Shown one piece after another: positions 13,313-30,691 of a stretch of DNA of 64,000 bases. The notes beneath the pieces were generated by a model. It did no database searches and was not told where the DNA came from. It was given only the letters and a program-made list of their open reading frames with translations. Position 1 is the stretch's first letter; every line of letters begins with the position of its first letter. The position numbers were made by a program, and so were the translations under genes. The stretch is taken from the NCBI RefSeq assembly GCF_009914755.1, contig NC_060929.1. One strand, written 5' to 3'. The stretch is from the human T2T-CHM13v2.0 reference genome, Homo sapiens.

Positions 13313-15169
13313 CAACCCAGCAGCAGCGCTGTCCTCCTGCCAGGCTCTCTTGTTTTGGTTTATGAAATCCAGGATGAAGGCTGGATTAACACGCTGCTGC
13401 CATCCAGGAATTGAAAAGCCCAAGCTGATGTCATCTGTTATGTTTAGATGGTTGTTTTGCATGAGGACTGAAAAACTCACTCACATCCGTCTCAAGGGCT
13501 CAAGGACGTCTGTGAAGGAGGGATAAAGAAGGTTGCACACCCTCCTTCAGGACGGGAATTGTTCTGACCCTGGCATATCACTTGAGGTGTAGCTTTGTCT
13601 CAGAGCCTCTGTAGTCAGGAGGAAAATGATATCAACATGAATCATCAGGACCGAAGAAGCTTCTTCAAAAAAAATAATAAACATTTGGTATTTCCCCTCA
13701 ACAAATAGCTATGAGATCATTTGAAAGAAGAAAGGGTTATATTGTGTCTTTTCAATACTTAGAAGAAAGAAAATATTTTGATAGGGCTATTTTTTAAGAC
13801 CCTCTCTTCCTTCCTCTCACCCCTCTCCTCAAATGTTATTTCTAAAGCAATTCATGTTACATATATCTAAGCCTATTGTGGATATAGCTGTGCTTCCAGT
13901 ACAATGTGGAACTGCCTCTGAGAATTTCTTTTAAAATCAATACAAAAAGCCACAAGAGAGGTAAGATCCTTTCGGCACTGCTTCTGGGTTACTCAATTCT
14001 GGAAAAACTTATCAGTTGGACTTCTGATCCAAAACTTCCTCAGGGGAAGGCTCATCCATCACTAAGTCTGCTTGTCCAATGACGGAGTCCACCCAGAGCC
14101 CTTCCCCTCACCTCCTGGCATCTATCAGAGCCCTCACTAAAAACTGCCAAGCGCGGCAGCCAGCCCAAGGCAACAAGTGGCTCAGCAGGAAAATCAGAAC
14201 ACAGCCCCCAAGAAACAAGTCACAGGGAAGGGAAACATTACCCCTCAGGAAACAAGGTCTGCATGCTAAGAGGGTTACCGTGCCTAGGTCCCTCTGGGAA
14301 AACAGAGTAGCCCTCTTAAAATATCAACTGTGCCAGGGTCTTATTAAGTAAGGTTAAAGAGGAGAGAGGGGAGTTCTTACACCAACCACATGCCGAATTC
14401 CATGCCCCCACCTCACTTGTCAAAAGAGATATAGACTCACTGTCACTTAGTAAATAACAACCCAGTAAAGTGGGTAATTCTTGGTCTGTCACAAATGAGC
14501 TGTAAGAAATTCACAGGACTTCTCTTGGCCTCAGCTTCCTCTTTTGAGAATTGATGGTGTTAGGCTACCTGACCTCTAAAATTCTTGTTTCCCATAGAAG
14601 ATGAGGCAGAGCGGGCATTGGATGTAACTTGAAGATCGGCTTTTGCAAATGCAATTTTAGGGGGATACAGGGAGTAAATTCAGAATACAGAGAATTGAGG
14701 CAGTAGGAAATGAAAGCAAGAGTTTTAGCTTTCAAATTTTCCAAATTTTTCATGACAATCCAATTTGAAATACTCTATCTCCCCAGAAGCACTTACTTAG
14801 CAGGTGGCACACTCTGATGTTTTCAGTAATGGGTAATATTTGTTGAGTTAATAGCTTAAACACTTTACATGCATTAACTCATTTGCACCTCATCACAATA
14901 TTATGAAGTGGCTGCTATTATCATGCTTATTTTTTAAAAGAAGAAACTGAGTAAGAAAGAGGTTAATTTGCCTAAGGTCCCTATATTGAAGGGATGGATG
15001 TTAGTCTAATGTCAGAGCCACATATTCTATTGCCTATTACAATACATAATTGTGCTTTCATGGCCAATAGTTCCAATGGCCTAGGTCGCAATTTAGGCTG
15101 ACCCTAGAAAATGTCCCTTGTTACTGAACACCACTTTCTGAGGAGTAGTTAACTGGAATAGTGGTTAAT

Positions 15170-15400
15170 AATAATATCTAACCTTTACAGAGATCTGACT
15201 GTGTGCCAGATGCCATGCTAAGCAGTTTATGTAGATTACCACATTTAACTTTCAAAACAACCTCAAGAGCTAGGTGCTATTCTTATCCCCATCTTAGATA
15301 TGAGAAAACTGAGGCCTAGAGAGGGTAAGTAACTTGTCCATCATCACACAGTTAGCAAATGGTGAAGCCAGGACTCCAGCCCTGAGACCAACAAGCTCTG
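15170..15400 (-). mobile_element. MIR element
   Basis: MIR core CCCCATCTTAGATATGAGAAAACTGAGGCCTAGAGAGGGTAAGTAACTTGTCCA; a second MIR lies at about 14860-15010. Confidence 0.75.
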
Positions 15401-18400
15401 GAGACTGGATTAAGGATTGTAAAATCAAATACATACAGGTGCCAAACAGGTGCCCAAGGTGGGTGACATGGTAAGCTATACTAGATGTAATACAGAAGGA
15501 ATGGAGTGGATTTCGTCCTCCTGAATAGCACATAAAGACATGAAACTCTTCCACTATGGAAGATAAAGGGAAACCAAATTGATAATACCTTCAGTAAATG
15601 ACAACTAAACAAATGTAAGTTGAGAGTACCAAATCCAAATAGTAAACCAAACTACAATGCACAGGTAAGTGCAGAAAATATGCCCAATAGAGTTCACCAG
15701 TGGTGGAACTATCTCAATACACAGTGCCTAACAACTCATTTTAGGGGAACCTTCAATCCCTCCAAGACCCAACAAAAACCATTTGTCCCAACACAATCCC
15801 TGTAAGATTTTTATCTAGTGATTTCTGTCTTCCCCAGAGCCTTGAGCCCAGATCAATGAATTCCATTAGGAAAGTTAGCAATGACCACAAAGGGTTAGGA
15901 AATGGGAGCACGAGCAACCAAGGAGCCAACTCTAAGCTGCATTAAAAAGCAATAAGATGATGGCAGAGCTGTTGATAGTGAGTGCATGAGGTCCACCCAT
16001 TTCACTTGCTTTGTGCTGGGGACTGGAACATCTCTCATCTTGCTCTGCCTGTATATCAGTTGTCAAGTCAGAGTGAGAAAGGGCAAGAGGAATTGCACAA
16101 GATTTTCACAACTCCTAAAATGTAAGTTCAAACTAAGGTGGGTCAAACCATACCATCTGTGGATCCAAATGTTGCAGCATATGGTGTTTTGCAATGGGGG
16201 CAGAGAAATGATAAAACCAAATATCTATTTAACCCAGTATACCCTGTATACTTAAAATGCCACTTTGATTTTTTTCTTAAAGCTGGTATTGTGTTAGGAA
16301 AATAAGCTTTGGTAATGTGCATTAATATTTTGTGTTTATTTTGTACATTATGATTGCTTCTAACCAAATAACAAGGATTTTTTTCTGGATAGGTAAAAGT
16401 AGTCCAGTGGAAAGGCTCTGGGCAGATCCCAGACTCTCAGAAGGTGGTTTATGGTAAAGCGAATTATACCGTACTTACTGTGCCTTCCTAACAAACCAGC
16501 TCTACCAGAGAAGTCTGGTTTAAATTGAATTACAAAGGCAGACTTGAGGGCATAAAGTTTGGAGGAGCAAGTGGAGACATTTACATGCAGATTTTAGGTG
16601 ATTTGGTTTTTAGGTTAGTTTTGGTTGTGGTTTTTGATACCATCTGAAAGTCTTCCTGCTTTGACACTAGCTGATAGCAATTTTGCATGTGCCTACTGCA
16701 AGGTCTAGCCCACAGCAGGAGCTTAATACTTAATAAACACATAAAAGGAACCAACTGTTTCCCAGAATCATCTTCAGATGATAGTAAGTTAAACGGGCAT
16801 CAATGTGTTCCCTTTCTTTCTCTTTCCACCAGGAGAAGCAAAGTGAGGCCCAGATTCTAGGGCAGGCTAGGTTAAGCTGCAGAATGTGTTTACTTGTGGG
16901 AATGAGGTAGAGGTGTCAAGAAACAGCACATCCAATCCAAGAGACATCGAGGATTGGATGGAGCCTGAGCAAAGACTGTAGTCCCATTGCGGCAGTTCCT
17001 TCACAGCTAACCAAATTTGTCCTGTTGACCTTGGGCTTGGCAATATCACATCCACCCTGGAAAGTTCATGGGAGCCCCTCATAGCCAATAGAACTTGGTG
17101 AAATACTTCTGCCAAACTGGCTGGGATTCACGGCAGTCACAGGTCAGCTGTCAAAGCCCAGGGCCTGAGGAATCTTCCCAGAGCCTCCTGCCCTGAGTAC
17201 AGTTTGCCTAGAAACAGCTTTACCACTGCCAAGATATGTGATCTTAGGCAAGTCACATGCCACATACCTTAGACTTCTCCTTTCTCCTCAGTACCTCAAT
17301 AATAAGAGGGCCAAACAGGGCAACAGATATGAAACCATCGTGACTATTATTATCAAGCGTCTGATTTCTGAAGATTGGCTTCATTCTTTAAATGTGATCT
17401 TATGTCTTGGAGCAAATATTTTCCCAAAAGAAATCTCTCTAATTCTTTAAGTTTCTATTTTTAATAAAGACAATTTTAATAGCAAAGTGGAATTGAATGT
17501 ACCAATATATGATTTACAGGCAATTTTCAAAAACTACACCTGCTTAGAAGAGCAAAGTGAAATGCATCTGCTTTAATTAGGCTTCTTGCCCATATGGGGG
17601 CTCTCTGATTTGTCTTGATGAGCAGGTCAACCTCGTAGGCAGCTGGGGTGCCATCACACAGAGCTCTGCAGGAGCCCTGAGTGTGAGGGTGTGTGAGTGA
17701 CTGCAAGAAGATAAGGACAGGACACCCGCAGTGTCTGCTACAAACCCAGAATGTCTGGGCACCTCTCAGAGAACTTGGCACTATATCCAGATTTTTACTC
17801 CAATGGAGCCTCTGAGGAAGCAGCCACAGAGTCAGGTTGTTTTTTAACCCTGTTCAAATCTAGAAACTTCAACTTTGGGTTCACGCTGCTAGGAACTTTT
17901 TTAGAGCCAGGAAGTCTGGCTTGGAAACATGAAGAGCTCTTACTCACTGAGGTGCCTTCTTCTCCTCTTTGCCCCCAGTTCTGGCAGTTTCTAATGTGGG
18001 GCATCAAGGCAAGCTTTTCTTTCTAACAGCTAGCTCCTTCTCAAATCAGGTTCTGAATCTCGGACTCCATCAGCAAGAGATTCCTGTTTCACACAGCATC
18101 CCTCTAGCTGCAAATATGAACCCACATCCAGAAGCACCATGTGCCACCCTGACATGAGAAGCAATGTGAGTAGCAAAAGTAGCTCTGAACTCAGGACCAG
18201 AAGACGTAGGTTGGCATCCCAGTTTCATAATCAGCTATGGGTAAGGCACCAACCAGCCTCCTCATTAACATTAAGTCATTTTCTTTTAATAAAATATAAG
18301 GGAGAGAAATGCCTTCCCTTTCTCAAAGAGATGTTGAGATCAAAGGAGAATGTGGATTAAAAACATGATGCCAACTAAATTACTGTACAGGTGTAAAACA

Positions 18401-19289
18401 TTATTACTTACTCTATAAGACAAATTAAACCATGAGAGAAAATAAACCAGTGGCTCTCTCAGGTCTCACGCATTCCTCCATTCCTCTCACATTCTGCAAG
18501 ATGGTCTAGTTTCTCATTCACTTAATTCACAGCAAACCATGATGACTGAGTTTCAACATTCTTCCTTAGGAAAACTCCACCACCCCTCCTAGCAGCCTGC
18601 CTCGCCCCATCCAAGCATGGGATGACTAAACAGCTCACTAAACTTCTCTGCTAAAAGAGTTTTTAAAAGTGTCACCAGTTTCCTACATGACTAAAGAATT
18701 ACTGTAGGCATTGGAAGTCATTTAGACACTAGAACTAGAGAACATAGATTTTTAAAGTCATATTAGAAGTTATTGCTAAGATATTTGGAATTTCCACTAG
18801 GAATTTTAGAAAGATAGAATTTCTGATTAACACAAGAATCATAGGAAATGATTCTGCTACTTTGCTTCTCTAATGACATGAAATTTCCTTTGCCTAACCT
18901 TAAACTGACCCCTTTTATAATGTAATAAAATGTTAATCAGGACCACCCTCACCAAACTCATCAGTTTGTCCAGTGATAAATGGCCTTAGCCGTTTATATG
19001 ACATGTGAGTTGAATAAATGATTGAATGTTCAAAAAAAAGTTAACCACTAGATGAAGAGAAATAAGAAACATAACTTCCAAGCCCCTTATTTAGGACATT
19101 TTCAGGATTTGGCAGTTTCAGACTCACTCTAATTTGGCGTCAAAATATTTTGGCTTCTTTCTTCCTAGGCAGTTCCTGATGAAGCCTTTTTTTTTTTTTT
19201 TTTTGGCTGCCACGGACTTCATGAAGTCTCCAAGCCTGTGATCTGAGAGCTTAGTGCAGCACAGCTGAGGGTGCCTGTGACGGGTCTCA

Positions 19290-19465
19290 GCAAGTGTGTC
19301 TCAAAACAATTCTCCACACCACCTGCATGAGAGTGTCCTGGGAAGTTTGTCAGAAATGCCACAGCCAGGGATTCCAATCTGATGGGTTGGGGTAGGTCTG
19401 GGAGTTAACATTCTTAACAAATAAGCCAGTTGATTCTGACAAACCCAAAAATTTGAGGAACCTCT
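19290..19465. mobile_element. MER5-like hAT fossil
   Basis: TCTCAAA...CACCTGCATGAGAGTGTCCTGGGAAG...TTAACAAATAAGCCAGTTGATTCTGAC...TTTGAGGAACC. Confidence 0.55.
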
Positions 19466-20025
19466 AAACTAACAGTTTTTCCCAGTCACATCTCTTCAGG
19501 TTAGTGAATTAGTACTTAACGTTACTCTGAAGACTTCTGACAGAAAAAGTCTGTCTCTGAGGGATTGACCTAGGATTTTTATTTATATTACGCTCATGAA
19601 TTTTTAGCTTATTTCACTAATACACATCTTCACATGTTAACATCAATGAAGATGAGATGTAATCATCATGATGTAATTGTCACTGACTACATGTGCACAT
19701 TAAAATTTGCAGGATGGGTGCCAGTCTCTGGGAAGAGAATCTTAAAGACAATCGTGGAGTTCTCTTTTAAAAAATGTTGTATCATCAATGATTTTGATGA
19801 CCCAGAAGACAATACTATGTGAAATAAACATGGATGGCATTTACATGTGATTTAGGAGGATCAGATACGAATGTGGAGACATTTTAGGAATATTTTAACC
19901 AATTTGTTGAGTTTATATTTTTCTTTCTTTTGAAGGTACAAAAGTTCTAAATTATAAAAATCTATGTCCATATAAGCCCTAAAAGGGTCCTTTCAATAAG
20001 TATGAGTAAAAATTCTAGTGCTACA

Positions 20026-20114
20026 CACATGTTTACAGCTGCACATTTGCAATTGCAAAAATATGGAATCAGCCCAAATGCCCATCAATCAATGAGTGGA
20101 TAAAGAAGCTATGG

Positions 20115-20159
<45 letters not shown>

Positions 20160-20216
20160 GATAGACAGATAGATGATAGATAGATAGATGATAGATAGAT
20201 AGATAGATAGATAGAT

Positions 20217-20247
<31 letters not shown>

Positions 20248-20692
20248 GATAGATAGATAGAAATGATAGATAGGTAGATAGATAGATAGATATAGATAGA
20301 TAGATAGATAGATAGACAGACAGACAATGGAATACTACTCAGCCATAAAAAGGAATGAATTAACAGTATTCGCAGCAACCTGCATGGGATTGAAGACTAT
20401 TTTTCTAAGTGAAGTAATTCAGAAATGGAAAACCAAATATCATAGGTTCTCACTTATAAGTGAGAGCTAAGCTATGAGGATGCAAAGGCGTAAGAATGAT
20501 ACAATGGACTTTGGGGACTCAGGGGAAAGGGTGGGAAGGGGGTGAGGGATAAAAAGCTACAAATTGGGTACAATGTATACTGCTCTGGTGATGGCTGCAC
20601 CAAAATCTCACAAATCACTGCTAAAGAACTTACTCATGTAACCAAACACCACTTGTTCCCCAAAAATCCATGGAAATAAAAAATTAAAATAA
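20026..20692 (+). mobile_element. 5'-truncated L1PB-like 3' end with TSD
   Basis: L1PB-type 3'UTR (GGACTTTGGGGACTC...GCACCAAAATCTCACAAATCAC); TSD AAAAATTCTAGTGCTACA at 20008-20025 and 20693-20710. Confidence 0.85.
20114..20325 (+). repeat. Complex (GATA)n/(GACA)n tetranucleotide STR
   Basis: About 210 bp of TAGA units with GAT interruptions and a GACA end. Confidence 0.97.
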
Positions 20693-21635
20693 AAAAATTC
20701 TAGTGCTACAAAAGCATTATATCAGAGATTAATTGGAAGAATTTTTTTCTTTAATGATACACTTAAAATAATGGTACATATCACACTGATGCCATCTTAG
20801 ATGCAATGAAATATGATAGTTGCCTAAATAGATAGATCTGTTTTTATTTTTGTTGACCCGTCATCAATTTACCTAGTAGTAGAATGTATTCTGTTTTATC
20901 AATCTTTAATCTCCTACTGGGACTTTACATGATGAAATCTAAGACCTTACTCTTACAAGCTGCCTAACAAACATCATCCTAACTTGATCTGACTAGAGGT
21001 ATTTTGTGGTAAGATATATGTGCTGTAAAAACCCAAGTTTAATATTCTACTCTCAGTTTCAAATTGCACAAACACATACTCCCTTCAGCTAACATTTCTA
21101 ACAGCATATCATGAGTCTGAGCGTACACTGCCACTTACAGATAACATGCTGAGCCTGTCTTCCTCTGTAAACATATTTAGGAAGTACTCATTGAATAAAA
21201 CACCAAACAATGACCCGAAGAATGAAAGGAATCCAAGGTGCTTTGAGCTTTCTCTATTCAGAGTGTTCTCCAGACAGCAAATAAAATTTTCAACCTTCAT
21301 GTGGCCTAGTCTAGAAAGCTGGTCTATGAGAGATCAGAGTTATTACAAATGGATAATTTGATGACCCAGACTATTTTTTTAAGCATTAATGTCTTCATTT
21401 TACTAATTTAAAATAACAAAACTTTAAATGAGGCCATAAATTTTCAAGTATCCCATATTTGGACAAGAACCTATGCTAAAAACAAGAAAATGCAGGGCAT
21501 CTGATCTTACCAGGGAATATTGAAGGACACTTTGAAGGGGCCTGAGGGAAAAAAATCACTGAGTAATGCTATTTGGAAGAGGGGGTAACATGTGTGGCAT
21601 GCTTCCTATGGTAACCTCTTCCTAATTGCTTGAAA

Positions 21636-21712
21636 TACATACATATACATACACAAACACACACAAACACACACCCATAGAAACAACAGCAGCAACAACA
21701 ACAACAATAACA
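21636..21712 (+). repeat. Compound (CA)/(CAA/CAG) microsatellite
   Basis: TACATACATATACATACACAAACACACAC...CAACAGCAGCAACAACAACAACAA. Confidence 0.75.
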
Positions 21713-22332
21713 GAACTTTGAGGGATTCACTTGATCAAATAATCCTACCCATGGAGAGCCTTCAAAACCGTTCACTTGCAATGTGAAAGCCACACAAGCC
21801 TGCTGAAGGAGAGCGCCTTTCCCCTTTGAGGGATAGGATATATACCAGAGCACTTCACATTCAATTAGGAGAGTTCAAGACTTCAAAACACAGAATAATG
21901 CTTCCTTCCACATACAGTCCCACTGCTAGGACAATTATAACATGCAGCTGATCAGAAACCTTCAATACCTGAAAAGAAGAGGTAGAAAGGAGAAGCAGGA
22001 CCAATAAATGTGGCCCCAGAAAACTCCCCAAGCCCTAAATACACCAGAACTCTGAGCTTAGAGCTAGAAAACATCTAATTTAAGAAGTGGTTCAGGGAGA
22101 ATTGTTTATTCAACTGCCAAAAAAAAAAAACAGAGTTTTTAAATATTTGATGGCTTAGAATTTTATAATTTATTTTCAAGTAAATATTTTTTAAACTTTT
22201 TTGTTCTTTTAAAATCTCTCTACAGTAGTATACTGTATTATATTAACATTAGTATTTACAGTCTAATAACTTGCTAAGGATTTCTTTTCATAAGAAAGAA
22301 AATGGACCAGAATGTAGGCAAATGTATCCATT

Positions 22333-22693
22333 CCTTGGTCAGTTTGGACTGCTATACTAAAATACCACAAACTGGGTGGCTTATGAACAACAGAAACTTA
22401 TGTTTCCGTTTCAGAGGCTCGAAGTGTGAGATAAGGGTGTCAACATGGTCAGGGTCTGGTAAGAAACCTCTTCCAGGCTACAGATTGCCAACTTATCCTT
22501 GTATCCTCACATGGTAGAAAGGGAGCAAGAGAGGTCTCTGGGGCCCCTTTTATAAGGGCACTAATTCCATTCATAAGGGTTCCAACTTCATGCCCTAATT
22601 ACCTGCCAAAGACCCCATCTTGTAATACGATCATTTTGGGGATTATGATTTCAACATATAGATTTGGGAGAAACACAAATATTCCATTCACTG
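22333..22693 (-). mobile_element. MaLR LTR (MLT1A/MSTD-like)
   Basis: CTGCTATACTAAAATACCACAAACTGGGTGGCTTATGAACAACAGAAAC...TTTCAACATATAGATTTGGG...TTCCATTCAC. Confidence 0.75.
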
Positions 22694-23066
22694 TCATCTA
22701 TAATTATGATAAATGTGGCCTGGGCCTGGGCCTGCTCCCCTTCATCCACCTGCTTAATCTTCTCCACCCATCAGAACACCTCACCCTTCAAGGGGCAAGG
22801 CTGGCATGCCAGTGTCTCTTTGATGTCCTCACCAACTTCCTCCAGGCCCAAATTAATCCCTTGCCCAACCCAAATTTTGCATTTCTGGACTTCTTGCACA
22901 GTCTTCTACATGCAGGGGCCCTCTAGTTCGCAATGAGCAAGAATCGTTTTATGATCATTGTGTGGTTTTCACAATGCCTGGCTTAGGTCTTACACATAGT
23001 AGATGCTCAATGAATGACATAGTGTCTAGAAAAAATATAAGCCAACTTCAAAGACCAGCCTCATAG

Positions 23067-23518
<452 letters not shown>

Positions 23519-25649
23519 TAACATTGCATCACTAACACATTAGTGGGTGGGAGTTTATCAAGTCACCTTCCTCTCTACCACCCTCTCTTGTACCAAGTGC
23601 ACCACTCCCTGTGACCCCTGCCTCCTCCATCAGGAATTAAAGGGAGGTGGAAGCAGCAAATTGATTTCACAATATAGAGCATACACTCTGAAGGCAGACC
23701 ATCCGAGTGGGAATCCTGAGTACACAACTTACTAACAGTACAAACTGAGCACAATGTTTAAATCTCTGGACTTCTATTTCCCAAGATGCAAAAAGAGACA
23801 TACGAGAATACTTACTTCAATGCCTGGTAAGTAGTGAGCACTCAAAATATGTTGATGACAACATGGCCTTTGGCAGGGCCTCCAAGAGACATCCCTGCTG
23901 CCCCAGCTCCCCATGACCCCGTGATTCCTGGTCTCCTTAGAGCACCCAAGCGGATACACAATGGTCCCTGGGAAGTGACAGAAGTTCAAGCTGTGTTTCC
24001 ACCCACCAAACCCTTTGATTCAATTTACTTGGGAGCAAGGGAGGGAATGAAGCTTGAATCAACCCGTTGAAAAATCAATTTAACACCAAACAAAGTGGTT
24101 TGTTTCTACAGACATGGCCTTACATATTTGGAAAGAGTCCTCAGCATTCGTCCAGGATTCTAGGGGCTTTGAGGTCTGCAGAATCCAGTTGAGAGGCTGA
24201 AGTTCAAGACAGCTAGGAGTGGGCTTTATTTATAACAGTCCAACAGTTTCCAAGGGAGTAAAACAACAAAACCTTGTATGAGATGAGTCACACGGACTTG
24301 CAGGATCAGAGAAGTCATGGAGGATCAAAGAACGGATGAGCCTTCCAGCTCACTGCCCCTCTGAAACCAAAAGACGCATTTCACAGAGCCCTCTCTAATC
24401 TGTTCCAACTAATTTTCAGGGATTGAGTCTAGAGGAAGATTCAACAGGAGACTTAGTTGCTATAGCCACTTGGATCCCTGACAAAGTGGGCTTCAGTGCA
24501 ATAGAAAAGCCACATTTTCCCCACAATACCTTCCCCCCAAACAAAATGAATGGAAGTCAAAGCCTTATTTCCAATGGAGGGATGAAAGACAAAATTGAGC
24601 CATTTGAAAAACAGTCAGAAATAAATACGGACATCATTGAGCAACTTGCAGTGCACCACAAATAAATATTACTAATTTATTCAAGGGCAATTATGTAACT
24701 GTGTTTTTCATGGGCACGTCTATTTTGCTTTTCCTTTTTAATTTGTCAGCCCATTGTGAAGTCTGCCCACTGAGCCACAGGTGAGGGATTAATGCCAAAC
24801 ATGCTGGGTCACAACATTCAGTATTCATCCCACTGATCATCTCACTTTGCAAAACATCATAGCTGAGTGGTGTGCAGTCGTCTTGGCCCCATGAGCTGGC
24901 ATGCAGTTGATTAAAGGAGGTGCTGGCTAGAGGTCTGGGGAATAGGAGAACTGTCCATGTCAGCTGTGGGAGCCCTGCTGCCAGCCATGCTATCCTGAGC
25001 TTCAGCCCCAGCATCTTGCAAACAAGAGCAAATGACAAAGTAGTCCACACACACAAGATCTGACAAAGCAGTTCCCAGGGGAGACAGGATCAGTTTCCCT
25101 GTGACCCACGTAGAGCAATGCACAGGGAGTCAAACAGAACTAGACTTTGGTCTGTACAGCTTTCCAGCTCCTTCCCTGGTGTGATCAGAAATGGGACACA
25201 AGACTAACATGACGTGTCAGTACCTAACTCCAGCCCTGTACCATCACTCAGCATGCATGCTTAGGAGAGGCTGCTCTTTCCCGGCACAGTGGGGGCTGAA
25301 ACTGAGGCTTGCGGCTCCAGGATGTGTAAGCTAGCTGAAGAATACCCCAAGGCAGCATTTGTGGTGGGAGAAGCACCAGCCCCTCTCCTGGCTTGATCAT
25401 AGGCTGACCAGGATTGTTTGTCATAAGCACTGGCGCATCTAGGCTTCCATGGAGAGGCCCATCTTTTCAGGGGAGAACAGCCAATCACATTTAACAAGCT
25501 AACCATCACCTCTACCAGATGAGGGCCGCTCCATACAGTCACATACCTACCACCCACATTGCCCATCTAGGCCCTGCCTATGGCCAGAGAAGGGATTTGG
25601 ACTTTTCTATCTGAGCACAAATAACAAATTTCTAAAGTATCATGTGGGT

Positions 25650-26058
25650 TTTCTCCATTTGTTCCTACCCACCGCAAATCCAATCTCCACTCTTTCTTGC
25701 CCTGCCTTATGCCCTCTATGGACTATATCACCCAGGTACCCCTACCCTTGGCATCTGGCTGGGTTTGGCCTTTAGGAGACACCCACAGAGGATCAGAGGA
25801 GGAGACCGGGGCCATGGTATCTCTTCCCTATGCTCTGGCCTTCGTTTCTAGCAGGGCCTGTACCCCTCAGTGCTTACAGATCCTGCTGAGCAGCCCCTCC
25901 TCCACAGCTCAGCTCTTGCTGGGCTATCCGGAGCAGCTTCCTGCCTTTGCATGTCACTGGGTGCCTCAAGTCCCTCAGCCCTGCCTGACCGTCTGTGAGT
26001 TGTCCCCTTATTAAATCTCTTATCTGAACCACCTGAGTGAGATTCAGTTTTCCGACAG
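25650..26058 (+). mobile_element. Old ERVL-type LTR (LTR33/LTR16-like)
   Basis: Pyrimidine-rich body ending CCCCTTATTAAATCTCTT...GAGTGAGATTCAGTTTTCC. Confidence 0.45.
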
Positions 26059-26353
26059 GGGCCAGGCATGGTGGCACATGCCTATAATCCCAGCACTTTG
26101 GGAGACTGAGGCAGAAGGATCACTTGAGCCCAGGAGTTTGAGACCAGACTGGGCAATATGGCAAAACTCTGTCTCTACCAGAAATACAAAAATTAACGGG
26201 GCATGATGGTACATCCCTGTAGTCTCAGCTGCTCAGAAGGCTGATGTGGGAGGACTGCTTGAGCCCTGAAAATGGAAGTTGCAGTGAGCTGAGATCTCAC
26301 CACTGTACTCCAGGCAACACAACAAGACCTTGTCTCAAACAAAAATAATAATA
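26059..26353 (+). mobile_element. AluJ element
   Basis: Diverged Alu dimer; TSD-like TTCCGACAGG / TTCTGACAGG. Confidence 0.9.
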
Positions 26354-26759
26354 ATTCTGACAGGATCTGATTGAAAGAGGAATCACAGTGGTTCTAACAC
26401 TTGTGATCCATCCAGACATGTTTATGTGCTTTGTTAAAACAACATCCTGAAAGAAGTGTTGTAATGGACTTCCATGCTTAGGAAAAGAAGTGCTATAATT
26501 TGCTTCCATACTCAGGTGGGTTTTGTTCTGCCTGGAGAGTCATCCTACATGAGCTATTTCTTTAAATCAAGATGCTAAACAGTAAAAGGACCTGTTAATA
26601 ATAATTTAATCCATTTATATCAAGTTTACTAAACAATTACCTTGAAAAACACATATATAAACATACCCATATGTGTATATATACATACTCCAAAATAGTA
26701 TAATGGTGCAGGTTCAGATATATACTTTGTATTCACTAGCGAATTCGAGAAAACAGAAT

Positions 26760-27120
26760 TGGTATGGGTTGGCTGTGTCCACATCCAAATCTCATCTTGA
26801 ATTGTACCTCCCATAATTCCCACGTGTTGTGGGAGGGATTCAGTGGAAGATAATTGAATCATGGGGGCAGTTTCTCCCATCCTCTTCTCGTGGTAGAGAA
26901 TAAGTCTCACAATGTCTGATGTTTTTATAAGGGGTTTTGTCTTTCCCTTGGCTCTCATTCTCTCTTAGCTGCCACCGTGTAAGACAGCCTTTCACCTTCC
27001 GCCATGATTGTGAGGCCTCCCTCGCCACGTGGATCTGTGAGTACATTAAACCTCTTTTTCTTTGCAAATTACCCAGTCTTGTGTATGTCTTTATCAGCAG
27101 CATGAAAAAGAACTAATACA
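26760..27120 (+). mobile_element. THE1 (MaLR) solo LTR
   Basis: TGGTATGGGTTGGCTGTGTCC...CCCAGTCTTGTGTATGTCTTTATCAGCAGCATGAAAAAGAACTAATACA; TG...CA ends; 5-bp TSD AGAAT at 26755-26759 and 27121-27125. Confidence 0.92.
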
Positions 27121-27136
27121 AGAATAATCCCTGTTG

Positions 27137-30691
<3,555 letters not shown>

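Larger units (their letters stand above)
19607..20816 (+). mobile_element. TcMar-Tc2 (Kanga/MER104-like) DNA transposon fossil, split by an L1PB insertion
   Basis: Ends resemble MER104-type termini (...GATGCCATCTTAGATGCAATGAAATATG); internal remnant SFKKCCIIN..DD resembles a pogo/Tc2 transposase C-terminus. Confidence 0.6.

Noticed and set aside
13166-13480. 105-codon open extension in frame with ESM1 exon 1 (ORF 12854..13480, 208 aa)
   Set aside because: It runs through the TATA box and promoter, upstream of the proximal TSS, and would bury the signal peptide. The true start is MKSVLL at 13165. Relevant only if an upstream-spliced transcript used the TTTTTCAG acceptor near 13468.
20109-20378. 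Repetitive SIYL-rich ORF
   Set aside because: Translation of the (GATA)n STR.
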